Positions 1-10,462 of a DNA stretch of 64,000 nucleotides are shown piece after piece. The DNA comes from a virus. The DNA is taken from positions 53,406-117,405 of IMG/VR virus record IMGVR_UViG_3300047160_006900; one strand, 5' to 3'. A program made the translations under genes and the position numbers. Within the stretch, counting starts at the first letter, position 1. Each line of letters opens with the position of its first letter. Below the pieces are notes generated by a model that was not told where the DNA came from, made no database searches, and saw only the letters and a program-made list of their open reading frames with translations.

Positions 1-1
1 C

Positions 2-307
2 ACTGAGGCTCATGGGGGACGGCTCTGGGACCCCAAGCCCTACGGGAAGCCGTGGTGGGATGACCGGCTGAACGACATCCTCTACTACGACGGCCGTTGG
101 TATGAGGTCAGTGATTTCCAGATCCGAGGCCGTGCTCGCCAGGACACGGTAGTGGGGGTGACCGGGATCGAGACCCAGCCCATGGACGAGCGGATCTACG
201 ACCTCTTCCCCCGTGACCCACAGCCACAGTACGTGCCCAATGTGCTGATCGGTGAAGACGGACAGCCGCTTCTCGATGAAGACGGCATCACCCCGTTGAC
301 CCCGTAG
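2..307 (+). CDS. Partial (5'-truncated) head-tail joining/neck-like protein
   Basis: Open frame from the window edge to TAG at 305-307 (..[22 protein letters not shown]..); sits upstream of neck and tail genes. Confidence 0.5.
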   Translation, partial: TEAHGGRLWDPKPYGKPWWDDRLNDILYYDGRWYEVSDFQIRGRARQDTVVGVTGIETQPMDERIYDLFPRDPQPQYVPNVLIGEDGQPLLDEDGITPLTP

Positions 308-315
308 GAGCTTCT

Positions 316-1968
316 ATGCCCGTCTCGTCAGACCCCAATCTTCCCCCCGATCAGCTTGCCCCCGAGGATCTCATTCCTGTCGTGGACGTGTCGGCCACCG
401 GGCCGACGAACCCTGGGGGGACCAACAAGAACGTCACTGTGGGTGGACTTGCCACTGTGGTGGCCAGTGGAGGGCCGGTCACACAGGGACCGACCGGCCC
501 GTCGGGACCGGTTGGGGCTACCGGGGTTGGGGACACTGGTCCTGCAGGAGATACCGGACCTCGGGGTTACGGAGGACCGATTGGACCGTCCGGGCTGAAA
601 GGTTCGACCGGAGTCCCGGGGGTTTCCGGTCATATCGGGTCCACCGGCTCTCCGGGAGTGCAAGGAGCTACGGGAGCCCAGGGTATTGCTGGTCGAGCGG
701 GGGCTCCGGGACTCGTCGGGGCCACCGGAGCAGGACTCCCGGGGATGCCGGGAGCCACGGGTCCTGGTGGTGGAGAAACCGGGCCTCCAGGTCCAACCGG
801 ACCTCCAGGAGCAACGGGGACGCCCGGGGCTACGGGGGCGGGGCAAGCGGGAGCGTGTGGTCCGAAGGGTGCTACCGGTGATCTAGGGGCTACCGGGGTT
901 CTTGGCCCTACTGGACCGCCGGGTCTCATTGGTATTACTGGCCCCATGGGGGCCACTGGTCCTGTTGGAGCAACCGGAGGCGGGGCTACCGGGGCTCCGG
1001 GACCTACTGGTTCACAGGGATTCCAGGGTCTTTCTGGAGCGACTGGTCCGCAAGGGTCCATCGGTGTCATCGGACCGACCGGGCCATCGGGGCCGACTGG
1101 TGGGCTGGGAGTATCGGGAGCGACCGGTATCACGGGAGCGACCGGTATTACCGGGGCTACCGGAGTCGGAGTGACGGGCATCACCGGCATCACTGGCCCT
1201 GCGGGAGCTACGGGTGTTACCGGATTCACGGGACCAGTCGGAGCGACTGGGGTAGTCGGTCCAACCGGCTTGGCCGGGGCGACTGGGGTGACCGGCGCTA
1301 CTGGTTCCGGGGCTACGGGGGCAGTAGGACCGACCGGTCCCGGCGGCGGAGCAACCGGTCCGCAGGGTTATACCGGGGTCACGGGGCAGACCGGACCCGG
1401 CGGTGGAGCTACGGGGCCTCAGGGCGCTACGGGAATCACCGGAGCTACTGGTATCACGGGTTCGGCGGGAGCGACGGGGGTCGGGACTCAGGGGATCCAA
1501 GGGATCCAAGGAATCCAAGGATTTCAGGGAGCAACGGGAGTCACGGGATCGGTCGGAGGCCAGGGTCCCCAGGGTGTCCAGGGACCCGTTGGATCCACTG
1601 GGCCTTTGGGATCTACCGGTATCACTGGATCTACTGGCCCGACCGGAGTATCAGCAGCCCAGGTACTAAATGCACAAACCGGTACTTCATACACACTAGT
1701 CGCAGGAGACATCCTCAAGCTCATCACTCTCAGTAACACCGCTGCTATCTCTGTAACAGTGCCACAGGACTCTGCGGTTTCGTGGGCTATCGGATACTGG
1801 TGTGAGTTGTACCAGTTGAACACCGGGCAGGTGACCGTAGTGGCGGGGACGGGGGCCACCCTGCGGGCCACCCCCACAGCCAAGGCTCGGGCTCAGTTCT
1901 CCCGGCTGTTTATTCAGAAGATCGCCGCCAATACGTGGGCGTTGAGCGGGGACGTGGCAGCGTCATGA
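316..1968 (+). CDS. Collagen-like fibre protein with a C-terminal beta domain
   Basis: About 390 aa of interrupted G-X-Y (GAT/GPT) repeats, then [10 protein letters not shown]...[11 protein letters not shown]; AGGAG RBS. Confidence 0.85.
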   Translation: MPVSSDPNLPPDQLAPEDLIPVVDVSATGPTNPGGTNKNVTVGGLATVVASGGPVTQGPTGPSGPVGATGVGDTGPAGDTGPRGYGGPIGPSGLKGSTGVPGVSGHIGSTGSPGVQGATGAQGIAGRAGAPGLVGATGAGLPGMPGATGPGGGETGPPGPTGPPGATGTPGATGAGQAGACGPKGATGDLGATGVLGPTGPPGLIGITGPMGATGPVGATGGGATGAPGPTGSQGFQGLSGATGPQGSIGVIGPTGPSGPTGGLGVSGATGITGATGITGATGVGVTGITGITGPAGATGVTGFTGPVGATGVVGPTGLAGATGVTGATGSGATGAVGPTGPGGGATGPQGYTGVTGQTGPGGGATGPQGATGITGATGITGSAGATGVGTQGIQGIQGIQGFQGATGVTGSVGGQGPQGVQGPVGSTGPLGSTGITGSTGPTGVSAAQVLNAQTGTSYTLVAGDILKLITLSNTAAISVTVPQDSAVSWAIGYWCELYQLNTGQVTVVAGTGATLRATPTAKARAQFSRLFIQKIAANTWALSGDVAAS

Positions 1969-2822
1969 GTCGGACAGCGGTCTACATCCGGGACAACCCC
2001 AACGCCACCGGGGACTGCGACTGGATCGACGTCACCAACAACTGGCGGGACGCTGACGCTACGTGGCTGCAGGAGCGCTCGATCGTCCGGGTCACCACCA
2101 CCCCGGATGCCGAGATTGACGTGGTCAACACCCATGAGGGACGGGTGTTCTACTCCACCAACGACAAGGTGCTGTACCTCAGCACCACGGGGAGTGCCCC
2201 CTTCGACAGGATCATGTCGTCGGAGTTCCTGGTCGTGGACGAGTCGGTCTCGGGATCATCCCAGGTTGGGATCAGTGGTCATGAGGCCTACGGGATTGCT
2301 TTCGATACCTCTAGTGGCTTCGTCACCATCGGCAACCTTACGGTCTCGACACTGGGTGGCGTCGGCTTGCTGAATGTCAACACCGTGGATGCCGGGACCG
2401 TGTCTGTGGGGAGCGGTGGACTCACCATCGAGACCGACGGGTCCCACAGCGTGGTCATGACGACCGGGGCCGACGGGTTGTTGCTGAGCACCGGGCTGGA
2501 CGTGGCAGGTCCAGTCAGCGCTCCGACCGGGGACTTTGGGTTCCTCTCCGCAGTGGGGCCGACCAGTCTGGCAACGACGACGATCGCCAGCACGTTGACG
2601 GTGGGGACATCGACCATCACCCCGACCGTGACTTCCCCGTCCTCCGGGGATCTGACCATCCAGATCCAACCGGGGAGAAGTATCCGTTTCACGGGTGCTG
2701 TAGCGGATACCAATCTGTACTTCGGGTCCAATATCAATGTCCGGGTGGCCTGGGTGGTGGTCGGAGCTATTGATCCCGGAGTCGGGAATGTTCCTGAGGG
2801 CACGATCTGGATCCAGCCGTGA
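1965..2822 (+). CDS. Virion/fibre-associated protein
   Basis: ATGA overlap with the upstream stop; T/S/G-rich; ends in the fibre-type motif PEGTIWIQP. Confidence 0.65.
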   Translation: MSRTAVYIRDNPNATGDCDWIDVTNNWRDADATWLQERSIVRVTTTPDAEIDVVNTHEGRVFYSTNDKVLYLSTTGSAPFDRIMSSEFLVVDESVSGSSQVGISGHEAYGIAFDTSSGFVTIGNLTVSTLGGVGLLNVNTVDAGTVSVGSGGLTIETDGSHSVVMTTGADGLLLSTGLDVAGPVSAPTGDFGFLSAVGPTSLATTTIASTLTVGTSTITPTVTSPSSGDLTIQIQPGRSIRFTGAVADTNLYFGSNINVRVAWVVVGAIDPGVGNVPEGTIWIQP

Positions 2823-2983
2823 GTGTGGCTCAGGTCAAGCACAACGGATCCTGGGTTCCGTTTAATACCGGAAGCGTCCGGGTGAGGGCTGCTCCTGATG
2901 GGATCATCTATTGGGTTCGGCCCGCAGCTATCTATGTCAAGCACAACGGGGCCTGGGTTCGGACCGTCTTGCACTGGGGCTGA
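2819..2983 (+). CDS. 54-aa protein with two VKHNGxWV repeats (not in the ORF track)
   Basis: GTGA overlap; [15 protein letters not shown]...YVKHNGAWVRTVLHWG. Confidence 0.65.
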   Translation: MSVAQVKHNGSWVPFNTGSVRVRAAPDGIIYWVRPAAIYVKHNGAWVRTVLHWG

Positions 2984-2999
2984 TACCACCGCTGATACT
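2980..2999 (+). promoter_or_regulatory. CTGATACC-N4-CTGATACT motif, copy 1 (candidate late promoter or operator)
   Basis: The same 16 defined bases with the same spacing recur at 57260-57279; both copies lie at gene junctions before structural clusters. Confidence 0.5.
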
Positions 3000-3011
3000 T
3001 CCGACTGATGT

Positions 3012-3437
3012 ATGCTCCCCGAAGATTTAGCTGCGCGGCTGAATCCTCATATGATCAGTGCCGGGAGAGGCATGGCGGAGATGCTCCACATCGGTGGAGG
3101 TTTCTTGACCGCCCTGGAGTCATACGTCCAGGCGGTAGCTGATACCGCTCCCGAAGCCCAGGAAGCCGCTACGCAGACCCTGGTGGGGGATCTCCAACAG
3201 CGGGCACAGCAGCATCCTCGTTGGGAACCGATCGCTCATGAGATCGAGGCCTGGGAGGACTCTCGCGGTCTCCGGGTCGGAGTGCGGAGATCCGTGGCGG
3301 CTGCTCGACAGGCGGAATATGGGGATCAAGAACATGGACCCGTACCGCTGCTGCGGCATATGCCAGGATCGGCCAAGTTGGCTGGGGAAGCCATGGGTGA
3401 CGTCTTTCGGACCAGCCTCGGGATTCCGACGCCATGA
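3012..3437 (+). CDS. Putative neck/virion morphogenesis protein
   Basis: 141 aa; AEYG..P.LR motif and position resemble phage neck proteins. Confidence 0.5.
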   Translation: MLPEDLAARLNPHMISAGRGMAEMLHIGGGFLTALESYVQAVADTAPEAQEAATQTLVGDLQQRAQQHPRWEPIAHEIEAWEDSRGLRVGVRRSVAAARQAEYGDQEHGPVPLLRHMPGSAKLAGEAMGDVFRTSLGIPTP

Positions 3438-4222
3438 CCACCCCCTGGAACAACGATCTGGCGATTGGGGAGATTGATCTTCCGGCCCATACCGGCTTCC
3501 TGCTGGCTGAGGACGAGGCCCTGAAGACCTATCTCAGTGGCCTGGAGGTTCCTGACCGGGAGACCAATATCGATGTCGGGGTGTGGTTCCGGTGGCCGGA
3601 GGGAGAACGGCGGATTAAGTACCCGTTCATCACCATCGATTTCCTGGCTGTGGACCCTGATCCCATCCGTTGGACCAGCCAGTGGAATGTCCCGGACGAC
3701 TACTGCATTTATCTTGACCCGCTGACCGGTCTTCCCACCGGCAAGACTGGGATGTATATCCCCTCGACCGCTCCGGAACTCCCTGCACTCACCAGTGATG
3801 AGTTTGGATATCACATCGATCCGCCGCTGATGCACATCATCTCGTATCAAGTGGCGGTGCATTCCCGGTCGGCTCTCCACGATCGGTATCTGGCGAGTCG
3901 ATTCATGGTGGATGTCTTCCCTCCCCGGCCATTCTTCATCCCGGTGGATGCGGACATGACCTATCGGCGCTGTGATCTCCTTGATATGACGCAGGCCGAT
4001 ACCCAGGAGACGACGGAGTCGGGTAGCAAACGCATCTTCCGGAAGATCTACACCCTCGCTATGGATGCTGAGATCCCGCTCACCAAGATCTACGAACTCA
4101 AGAAAGCGCAAAGGCTTCACATCGATATCTATGCCGATACCGCTCTGCGGGAGCCTGAGAACCACAAGTACAACGATCCGCACACGATTGCGGAGCCCGT
4201 CACGGTCCTCCCGGAGGTCTAA
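3434..4222 (+). CDS. Putative tail terminator/completion protein
   Basis: VWFRWPEGERRIKYPFITID and SYQVAVHSRSALHDR patterns; located upstream of the sheath gene. Confidence 0.6.
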   Translation: MTTPWNNDLAIGEIDLPAHTGFLLAEDEALKTYLSGLEVPDRETNIDVGVWFRWPEGERRIKYPFITIDFLAVDPDPIRWTSQWNVPDDYCIYLDPLTGLPTGKTGMYIPSTAPELPALTSDEFGYHIDPPLMHIISYQVAVHSRSALHDRYLASRFMVDVFPPRPFFIPVDADMTYRRCDLLDMTQADTQETTESGSKRIFRKIYTLAMDAEIPLTKIYELKKAQRLHIDIYADTALREPENHKYNDPHTIAEPVTVLPEV

Positions 4223-4225
4223 GAA

Positions 4226-6112
4226 ATGGTTGACACGATTGGAGCAACCGGAGCCACTGGTCCTCGGGGACTCGGTGGTCCGGTCGGACCCCGTGGCTAC
4301 ACGGGTCCTGCAGGAGCCACGGGCCCGCAAGGGATCAAGGGTTCCACTGGTGTTCCCGGCACGGTCGGCCCTCCGGGAGCCGGAGCAGACGGTCAGCCAG
4401 GACCCACTGGACCGCAAGGGGCCACTGGCCCTGGCGGTGGTGATCCGGGAGCGACTGGTGTAGTTGGCCAAACGGGAGCGACCGGTCCTCGGGGAGCAAC
4501 TGGTGCTGGTGGTCCGGGAGCCACTGGTCCGCAGGGAGCTACGGGTCAGCCGGGATCCGACGGTTCTAATGGTGTCGATGGTCTTCCTGGCCCCACGGGA
4601 CCTACTGGTGTTGTGGGAGCGACGGGCTCCAACATCGGTATCACCGGTCCGATAGGTCCGACTGGTCCGCAGGGCATCACCGGCCCGATCGGATACACCG
4701 GGGTCCAGGGCAATACGGTTGCAGGGCCGACTGGCCCGCAAGGGATCGCCGGTCCGGTGGGCTCCACCGGGACCCAGGGGCCTGCCGGTACCGGCTCGAC
4801 CGGTCCGACCGGTGTCCAGGGCATCCAGGGCATGACGGGTGTCACGGGTGGTGTGGGAGCCACTGGTGTCGTAGGACCCACTGGTCCTCAGGGATCAGGG
4901 GCCACGGGGGCAGTGGGTCCGACCGGTGTGGCCGGTCCTTCCGGAGCCACAGGTCCCCAAGGTGCTACCGGTGACCCCGGTGGTCCGACCGGAGCAACCG
5001 GTGCCGTTGGAGCAACCGGGCCTGGCGGGGGCGCTACCGGTCCTCAGGGAGCTACTGGTCCTGCCAACGTCGGCTTCACCGGGGTCACCGGAGCAACGGG
5101 TACGGCTGGTATCCAGGGCACGCAGGGAGCTACCGGTTCTGGTGGTCCCGCCGGGGCCACTGGTGCTGGCATCGTGGGTCCCACCGGAGCCACGGGTGCC
5201 GTCGGTGCTCCGGGTATCCAGGGCATCCAGGGTGGGCTTGGGCCAACTGGAGCCACCGGTCCCTTCGGACCCCAGGGCTTCACTGGCCCGCAGGGCATCC
5301 AGGGGACCACGGGTCCCACCGGCCCAGTGGGGTCGGCGGGTGCCCAGGGTATTCAGGGTGCTGCTGGTGCTGTCGGAGCCACGGGGACGACCGGAGCCAC
5401 TGGTTCGGGAGCCACGGGGACGGCCGGGGTTGTCGGGGCCACTGGTCCTTCCGGAGCCACCGGGGTCACGGGAGCGGTCGGAGCCACCGGTATCACCGGG
5501 GCGGAGTCGGTCAACTCTCGGTCGGACTCGTACATCCTGGCCCTGTCGGACGCCAACAACATCGTGGAGATGACCAAGGCCACGGCCTCGGCCGTTACCG
5601 TGCCCAACAACACCGACGTGGCCTTCGCCGTCGGGACCAACTGCGACATCATCCAGATGGGTGCTGGTCAGGTCTCGGTTGTGGCAGCAGCGGGGGTGAC
5701 GCTCGACACATCGTCCACCCTCAAGCTCCGTCAGCAGTACTCGGCGGGCACGTTGCTGAAGGTGGCCACCAACGAGTGGGTGTGGCTGGGAGACACCGAG
5801 CCTCCGGGTCAGACCATCCAGACCAAGACCGCCAACTACACCTTGGCCATCACCGACGCCTGGACGTTCATCGAAATGAGTGCCGCTGGGGCGCTCACGT
5901 TGACCATTCCGGCCAACTCGGTGGTGGCGTTCCCGATCGGTACCCACGTCGATATCGGGCAGTGGGGAGCCGGTCAGGTGACCGTGGCGATCACCACTGA
6001 CACCCTGCGAGCAACCCCGACAGCGAAGCTGCGGGCTCAGTACTCCACCGCCACGCTCATCAAGGTGGCGGCGACGGAGTGGGCTGTCATGGGGGACATG
6101 GCTGCGTCATGA
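4226..6112 (+). CDS. Collagen-like fibre protein with a tandem-duplicated C-terminal beta domain
   Basis: About 420 aa of G-X-Y; two copies of the domain that ends 316..1968; ends GDMAAS. Confidence 0.85.
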   Translation: MVDTIGATGATGPRGLGGPVGPRGYTGPAGATGPQGIKGSTGVPGTVGPPGAGADGQPGPTGPQGATGPGGGDPGATGVVGQTGATGPRGATGAGGPGATGPQGATGQPGSDGSNGVDGLPGPTGPTGVVGATGSNIGITGPIGPTGPQGITGPIGYTGVQGNTVAGPTGPQGIAGPVGSTGTQGPAGTGSTGPTGVQGIQGMTGVTGGVGATGVVGPTGPQGSGATGAVGPTGVAGPSGATGPQGATGDPGGPTGATGAVGATGPGGGATGPQGATGPANVGFTGVTGATGTAGIQGTQGATGSGGPAGATGAGIVGPTGATGAVGAPGIQGIQGGLGPTGATGPFGPQGFTGPQGIQGTTGPTGPVGSAGAQGIQGAAGAVGATGTTGATGSGATGTAGVVGATGPSGATGVTGAVGATGITGAESVNSRSDSYILALSDANNIVEMTKATASAVTVPNNTDVAFAVGTNCDIIQMGAGQVSVVAAAGVTLDTSSTLKLRQQYSAGTLLKVATNEWVWLGDTEPPGQTIQTKTANYTLAITDAWTFIEMSAAGALTLTIPANSVVAFPIGTHVDIGQWGAGQVTVAITTDTLRATPTAKLRAQYSTATLIKVAATEWAVMGDMAAS

Positions 6113-6879
6113 GCATGTTCACGTCGGGCGTCCCAGGAATCATGGCGAGCGAGGAGATGCAGGGGACTGGGCTCGTCACGGTCGCCAGTAAGACGAACTG
6201 GGGTAGCAACGCTGATGCCTCGTCGTACGTCTCGTCGTCAGTCACCACGACCGCAGGGGCTCTCTGCATTCTGGTGGGGATGTGGACCGTCGCATCCCCA
6301 TCAGTTGCCAACGCAACGATTTCGGGGGCAACGTGCTTGAGCAACCTCAATGGCGTGTCGAACGCTGCGTTCAACTCCGTCGGAGCCCCGCTCTATGAGA
6401 TCGAGGTGTGGATCGCCAAGGGGACCGGGACGGCAAGCACGATCACGGCGTCATTTGGTGGGACGCAGACTTCCGGGTTCTTCGTCCTGTTCCAATGTTC
6501 CAACGTCAACGTGGCCGGAGGTCCGATCTGGGGTGGTACCGGAGGAACGAACTACGGCGTGCAGCAGGTCCAGACCATCAACGACGGGCTTGTGTATGAC
6601 ATGACCCGAGCAACGGGAACCGGTATCGGCTGCCCCTTGAACCCGTTCACCAGTATCAACAACGGGACCTTCTCTGTGGTGGGCGTGGACTACCCCCCGA
6701 CCTGGGATCCCAACATCGTGAAGCCGGGATGGACCTGTCCATGGTCTCCGGCCTGGGTCAACCCGTCAGCCGGGGCTGCGGCTGCGTGGACGGCATACAA
6801 CGATCAGACCCCGAAGTTCTATGCCAACGCCACGTCCCAGAAATTTGCTGGCGTGTCCATGGAGTTGGTCTCCATCTGA
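6109..6879 (+). CDS. Beta-rich virion protein, paralogous to the N-terminus of 61577..63070
   Basis: ATGA overlap; [14 protein letters not shown] aligns with FNTGASPLNKQEVW. Confidence 0.65.
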   Translation: MSMFTSGVPGIMASEEMQGTGLVTVASKTNWGSNADASSYVSSSVTTTAGALCILVGMWTVASPSVANATISGATCLSNLNGVSNAAFNSVGAPLYEIEVWIAKGTGTASTITASFGGTQTSGFFVLFQCSNVNVAGGPIWGGTGGTNYGVQQVQTINDGLVYDMTRATGTGIGCPLNPFTSINNGTFSVVGVDYPPTWDPNIVKPGWTCPWSPAWVNPSAGAAAAWTAYNDQTPKFYANATSQKFAGVSMELVSI

Positions 6880-6892
6880 TGAGGGTTGCCTG

Positions 6893-9800
6893 ATGCGAGG
6901 AAATCGGGTCTCTAGCTACAAGCAGTGGCGACGTCCTCATCCGTCCCTGGAAGTTCCTGGTCCTCCGGCTTCCAATCAGCCCAACATGATCATCACCGGG
7001 GTGACGTCCAACCCTACAGCCCCGGTGGCTGGCGATCATGTGGTCTTCACGGCCACGGTGCAGAACATTGGCGGAGCGTCGACTCCCGCTGGGACTGTCG
7101 TGGACGTGCTGTTTGACCCAAACGGTGTCGTAGCGGCTGGTCAGCCCACTACCGCTGTCACTTGGGAGGACACATATACGACCGCTATTCCTCCTGGAGG
7201 AACCGTTGTCCTGACTGCCACGGGTGGATCGGTTGGATACTCGGCGGGTCCCCCGGTTGTTCCGGGACAGAACTATTGGGTGGCGGTGTCGGGAACATAC
7301 CCAATCCACTGCACGGTCAACAGCAACAACCGGTTCCCGGAATCGAATCTGGCTGACAATACCTTCGATCTGAGTCTCGTCGTGGCCCCGTCGAGCGTGG
7401 CAACGCCTCCGGCGGCTCCGACCCTGACTGCGACTCCGGGGAACGCCACTGTTGGGTTGTCCTGGACGGTGCCGAACAACAACGGCTCTGCGATCACTAG
7501 CTACAACATCTACAAGAACACCGTGCTGTTGACCTCCGTGGCATCGACGGTCACGACCTACACCGACAATGCCGTTACCAATGGGACGTCGTACTCCTAT
7601 GTGGTATCGGCCGTGAATGCGATCGGGGAGGGGTCCAAGTCCATCGCTGTTTCAACGACTCCGAACGTGACCTCGCCGCCCTCGGCTCCGACGCTGAACG
7701 GGACGAGCGGCAATGCCGTGAACCACCTGACTTGGACGGCCCCATCGGCTGGGGCTCCGTTCACGGGGGTCTGGGTATATCGGGGCGGGGCTTCGTACAA
7801 CCACATCACTACGACCCCGTTGCCCACGACACAGGATGACGTCGGGGTCACGAACGGCACGACCTACAGCTACACCGTGGCTTACGAGAACGCCGTCGGT
7901 ATCGGGACTCAGTCCAACACCATTACTTTGACGCCGGTCAGTGTTCCTGCCGCTCCGGTGCTCACCGCTACATCCGGATCAGCGCAGGTGGGCTTGTCGT
8001 GGACGACTCCGGCGGCGAACGGGTCCACGATCACCGGCTACAAGGTGTACCGCAACGGGACGTTGCTCGCTTCCCCGACAGCCTCGCCGTACACGGATAC
8101 CACCGGAACCGTGGGGACGTCGTATTCCTACACCGTCAGTGCGGTGAACTCGATCGGGGAAGGCCCACAGTCGACCGCACAGTCGGCGGCTTCGACGGCC
8201 ATCACGGTCCCTGCCGCTCCGGTGCTCATGGTGCAGTCGGTGGGCAGCAACTCTGTGTCGTTGTCCTGGACGATCCCGGCGAACAACGGATCGGCCCTGG
8301 TCAACTACAAGGTCTACCGCAACAGCGCTCTGATCTACACGCAGACCCAGTTCCTCGATTCACCGGCTTATGGGGACGGTGGGGCGGTCAACGGCACCAC
8401 ATACACGTATCAGGTCTCAGCTACCAATGGGATCGGGGAAGGTCCCAGGTCCAACACGGTGACCGCCACGCCGTCGGCAGTCGGTATCCCCTCGATCCCG
8501 GCTGACGTCGTGGCCGGGGTACCGGGGAGTGATGTCGTCTCGTTCGGTGGGATCGGACATAGCTTCCAGTCGCAAGCGAACTATCAGACCTGGAAGTCTT
8601 GGCACTTCAACGGGCACACCATGGTCCCCAATGGGTCGGGGAACGCTCAGACCTCGTCGCAGCGATTCAAGGGTGCTTCCTCCCAGAACGACACCACTCC
8701 GGGGATCTACGACTCTCAACGACTCACGGAAGGGTGGGGCGTTGCAGCCCTGAATGGGGGTTCACAGAACTCCCCCAACAACAACCTCGGGGCGATCAAC
8801 GCTTTTCGGAATGGGACCATCAAGTACGTCGGGTTCTTCATTGGCGTCGGCCCGGGTACCAATGATCTTCCGAACATCTATGACACCACCCAACGGGCGA
8901 AGGCTGCTCAGCGGGTCGCTGATATCGCTGCCTTCATGAAGTACATCCATCCGACTCGGACCTTCATTCAAAACGACTGGGAAGTTTCGGATTGGAGTAA
9001 GACCTCGTCAAATAACAACTCTCATACCCTGGCGGATTTCCAGACGACGTATGAGCAGTGGGGCTATGAGATCGGGACGGCGATCTACAGCACAGCGGGG
9101 CATACCGGGGCTATCTGGGGGCTCTACAACTTTGAGGTCTACGGCATGTGGATCTCACTCGTTCGGGCCAATAACGCTTCGCAGGCAGCAGGGCATGGCC
9201 CGTTGGCGGCTCCATACACGCCGGATACTACGAGCACTCCTGCTCCGGTCCCGAACTACACCGTGGTCGGGGGCGCTGCCATGGATGGCAAGACCCTGTG
9301 TATGGCGGGGCTGATGCGTGCCCATGCTCAGTTTCAGGCTACGGGACCGATTCTCAAGACCGACGACATGTTTTATCGGCCTCCGCAGTATGGCGGGGCG
9401 TCCTATGACACGGCGCTGAAGTGGAATACCCAGGGCTGGATGGATTTCTGGTCCCACTACTTGCCGCAGTCGACGTGGGATCAGGTAGCCCCCTATCTCG
9501 GTATCGTCCCCTTCACCTGGAGCGGGACTGACCGGAGCACGTTCTCGACCGATACCCAGTTCCCGGAGCCGACGCAGACCAACCTGTGGGCATCGTGCCG
9601 GAAGTACAGCATGTTCGGGTTGCGGATGGATTACACCTACGGGGGCTATTTCGGAACCCCGGGCCTGGTCGGAAATCCTCCGTACACACAGACTGACAGT
9701 TACTCGGGCGGCGAGGGTCTCTGGGGGGTGTATTCGGTCAAGATCGGGACCACCACCGTCTACGCCAACGATCATACGCAGCCGCAGGCGAATGAGGCCC

Positions 9801-10462
9801 AGGTCAACTCCGCTGTCCAGATCACCGTGCCGCATGTTCCGGCTGGGACCGGCATTGTCGATGTCGTGGTCACCACCTCCAAGGGTGGGACGAACGGCTG
9901 GGGTGGAGTCAGTGCCCGGGGTGGGGCAGCGAAGTTCAACTACGGGGACGGTGGTCCTGATACTTCGACCACCGGAGCGGCGACTGGACCGTCTCCACCC
10001 ACGATTACGAGTATCAGCCCGTCGACCGGAGCGGCGAACTCCCAGATCGTCATCACCGGTACGAACTTCATGGGGAACGACTATCAGACCCCGTCTGGTC
10101 GTATCGCTGCCATGCAGCCGACGATCGACCCCACGCCGCAGGACACTACTGCGATCACGGTGGGGACGATCACCCAGGCTCGTAGTGGGACCACGGTCAC
10201 GCTGACCTTCAACATGCAGCATCCGTTTGGGATGCATCACGCCACCTGGCTGCTCTACTCCACGGATGGAGTACTGGTGACCGCCCAGGGTGAGGCCAGG
10301 CTGACGTACAACCTGGGGGGTGGGAGTCCGACCGGGGGGATTCCGAACTCCTCCATGGACTGTGTAGCCACGATCCCCAACGCCACGGCGGGACTCTACG
10401 TCATCCTCACCTGCGTCTCCGCCATCGGCCAGCGGACGTCACGAAGGATTCAGTTGGCATGA
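6893..10462 (+). CDS. Array gene A: leader + CARDB/Ig + 4 FN3 + glycosidase-like core + IPT/TIG-like segments + C-terminal domain
   Basis: ATG at 6893 matches the leader shared with its paralogues; FN3 pattern LSW..P..GS.I..Y.VY...Y.Y.VSAVN.IGEG; PTITSISPSTG is TIG-like. Confidence 0.8.
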   Translation: MRGNRVSSYKQWRRPHPSLEVPGPPASNQPNMIITGVTSNPTAPVAGDHVVFTATVQNIGGASTPAGTVVDVLFDPNGVVAAGQPTTAVTWEDTYTTAIPPGGTVVLTATGGSVGYSAGPPVVPGQNYWVAVSGTYPIHCTVNSNNRFPESNLADNTFDLSLVVAPSSVATPPAAPTLTATPGNATVGLSWTVPNNNGSAITSYNIYKNTVLLTSVASTVTTYTDNAVTNGTSYSYVVSAVNAIGEGSKSIAVSTTPNVTSPPSAPTLNGTSGNAVNHLTWTAPSAGAPFTGVWVYRGGASYNHITTTPLPTTQDDVGVTNGTTYSYTVAYENAVGIGTQSNTITLTPVSVPAAPVLTATSGSAQVGLSWTTPAANGSTITGYKVYRNGTLLASPTASPYTDTTGTVGTSYSYTVSAVNSIGEGPQSTAQSAASTAITVPAAPVLMVQSVGSNSVSLSWTIPANNGSALVNYKVYRNSALIYTQTQFLDSPAYGDGGAVNGTTYTYQVSATNGIGEGPRSNTVTATPSAVGIPSIPADVVAGVPGSDVVSFGGIGHSFQSQANYQTWKSWHFNGHTMVPNGSGNAQTSSQRFKGASSQNDTTPGIYDSQRLTEGWGVAALNGGSQNSPNNNLGAINAFRNGTIKYVGFFIGVGPGTNDLPNIYDTTQRAKAAQRVADIAAFMKYIHPTRTFIQNDWEVSDWSKTSSNNNSHTLADFQTTYEQWGYEIGTAIYSTAGHTGAIWGLYNFEVYGMWISLVRANNASQAAGHGPLAAPYTPDTTSTPAPVPNYTVVGGAAMDGKTLCMAGLMRAHAQFQATGPILKTDDMFYRPPQYGGASYDTALKWNTQGWMDFWSHYLPQSTWDQVAPYLGIVPFTWSGTDRSTFSTDTQFPEPTQTNLWASCRKYSMFGLRMDYTYGGYFGTPGLVGNPPYTQTDSYSGGEGLWGVYSVKIGTTTVYANDHTQPQANEAQVNSAVQITVPHVPAGTGIVDVVVTTSKGGTNGWGGVSARGGAAKFNYGDGGPDTSTTGAATGPSPPTITSISPSTGAANSQIVITGTNFMGNDYQTPSGRIAAMQPTIDPTPQDTTAITVGTITQARSGTTVTLTFNMQHPFGMHHATWLLYSTDGVLVTAQGEARLTYNLGGGSPTGGIPNSSMDCVATIPNATAGLYVILTCVSAIGQRTSRRIQLA

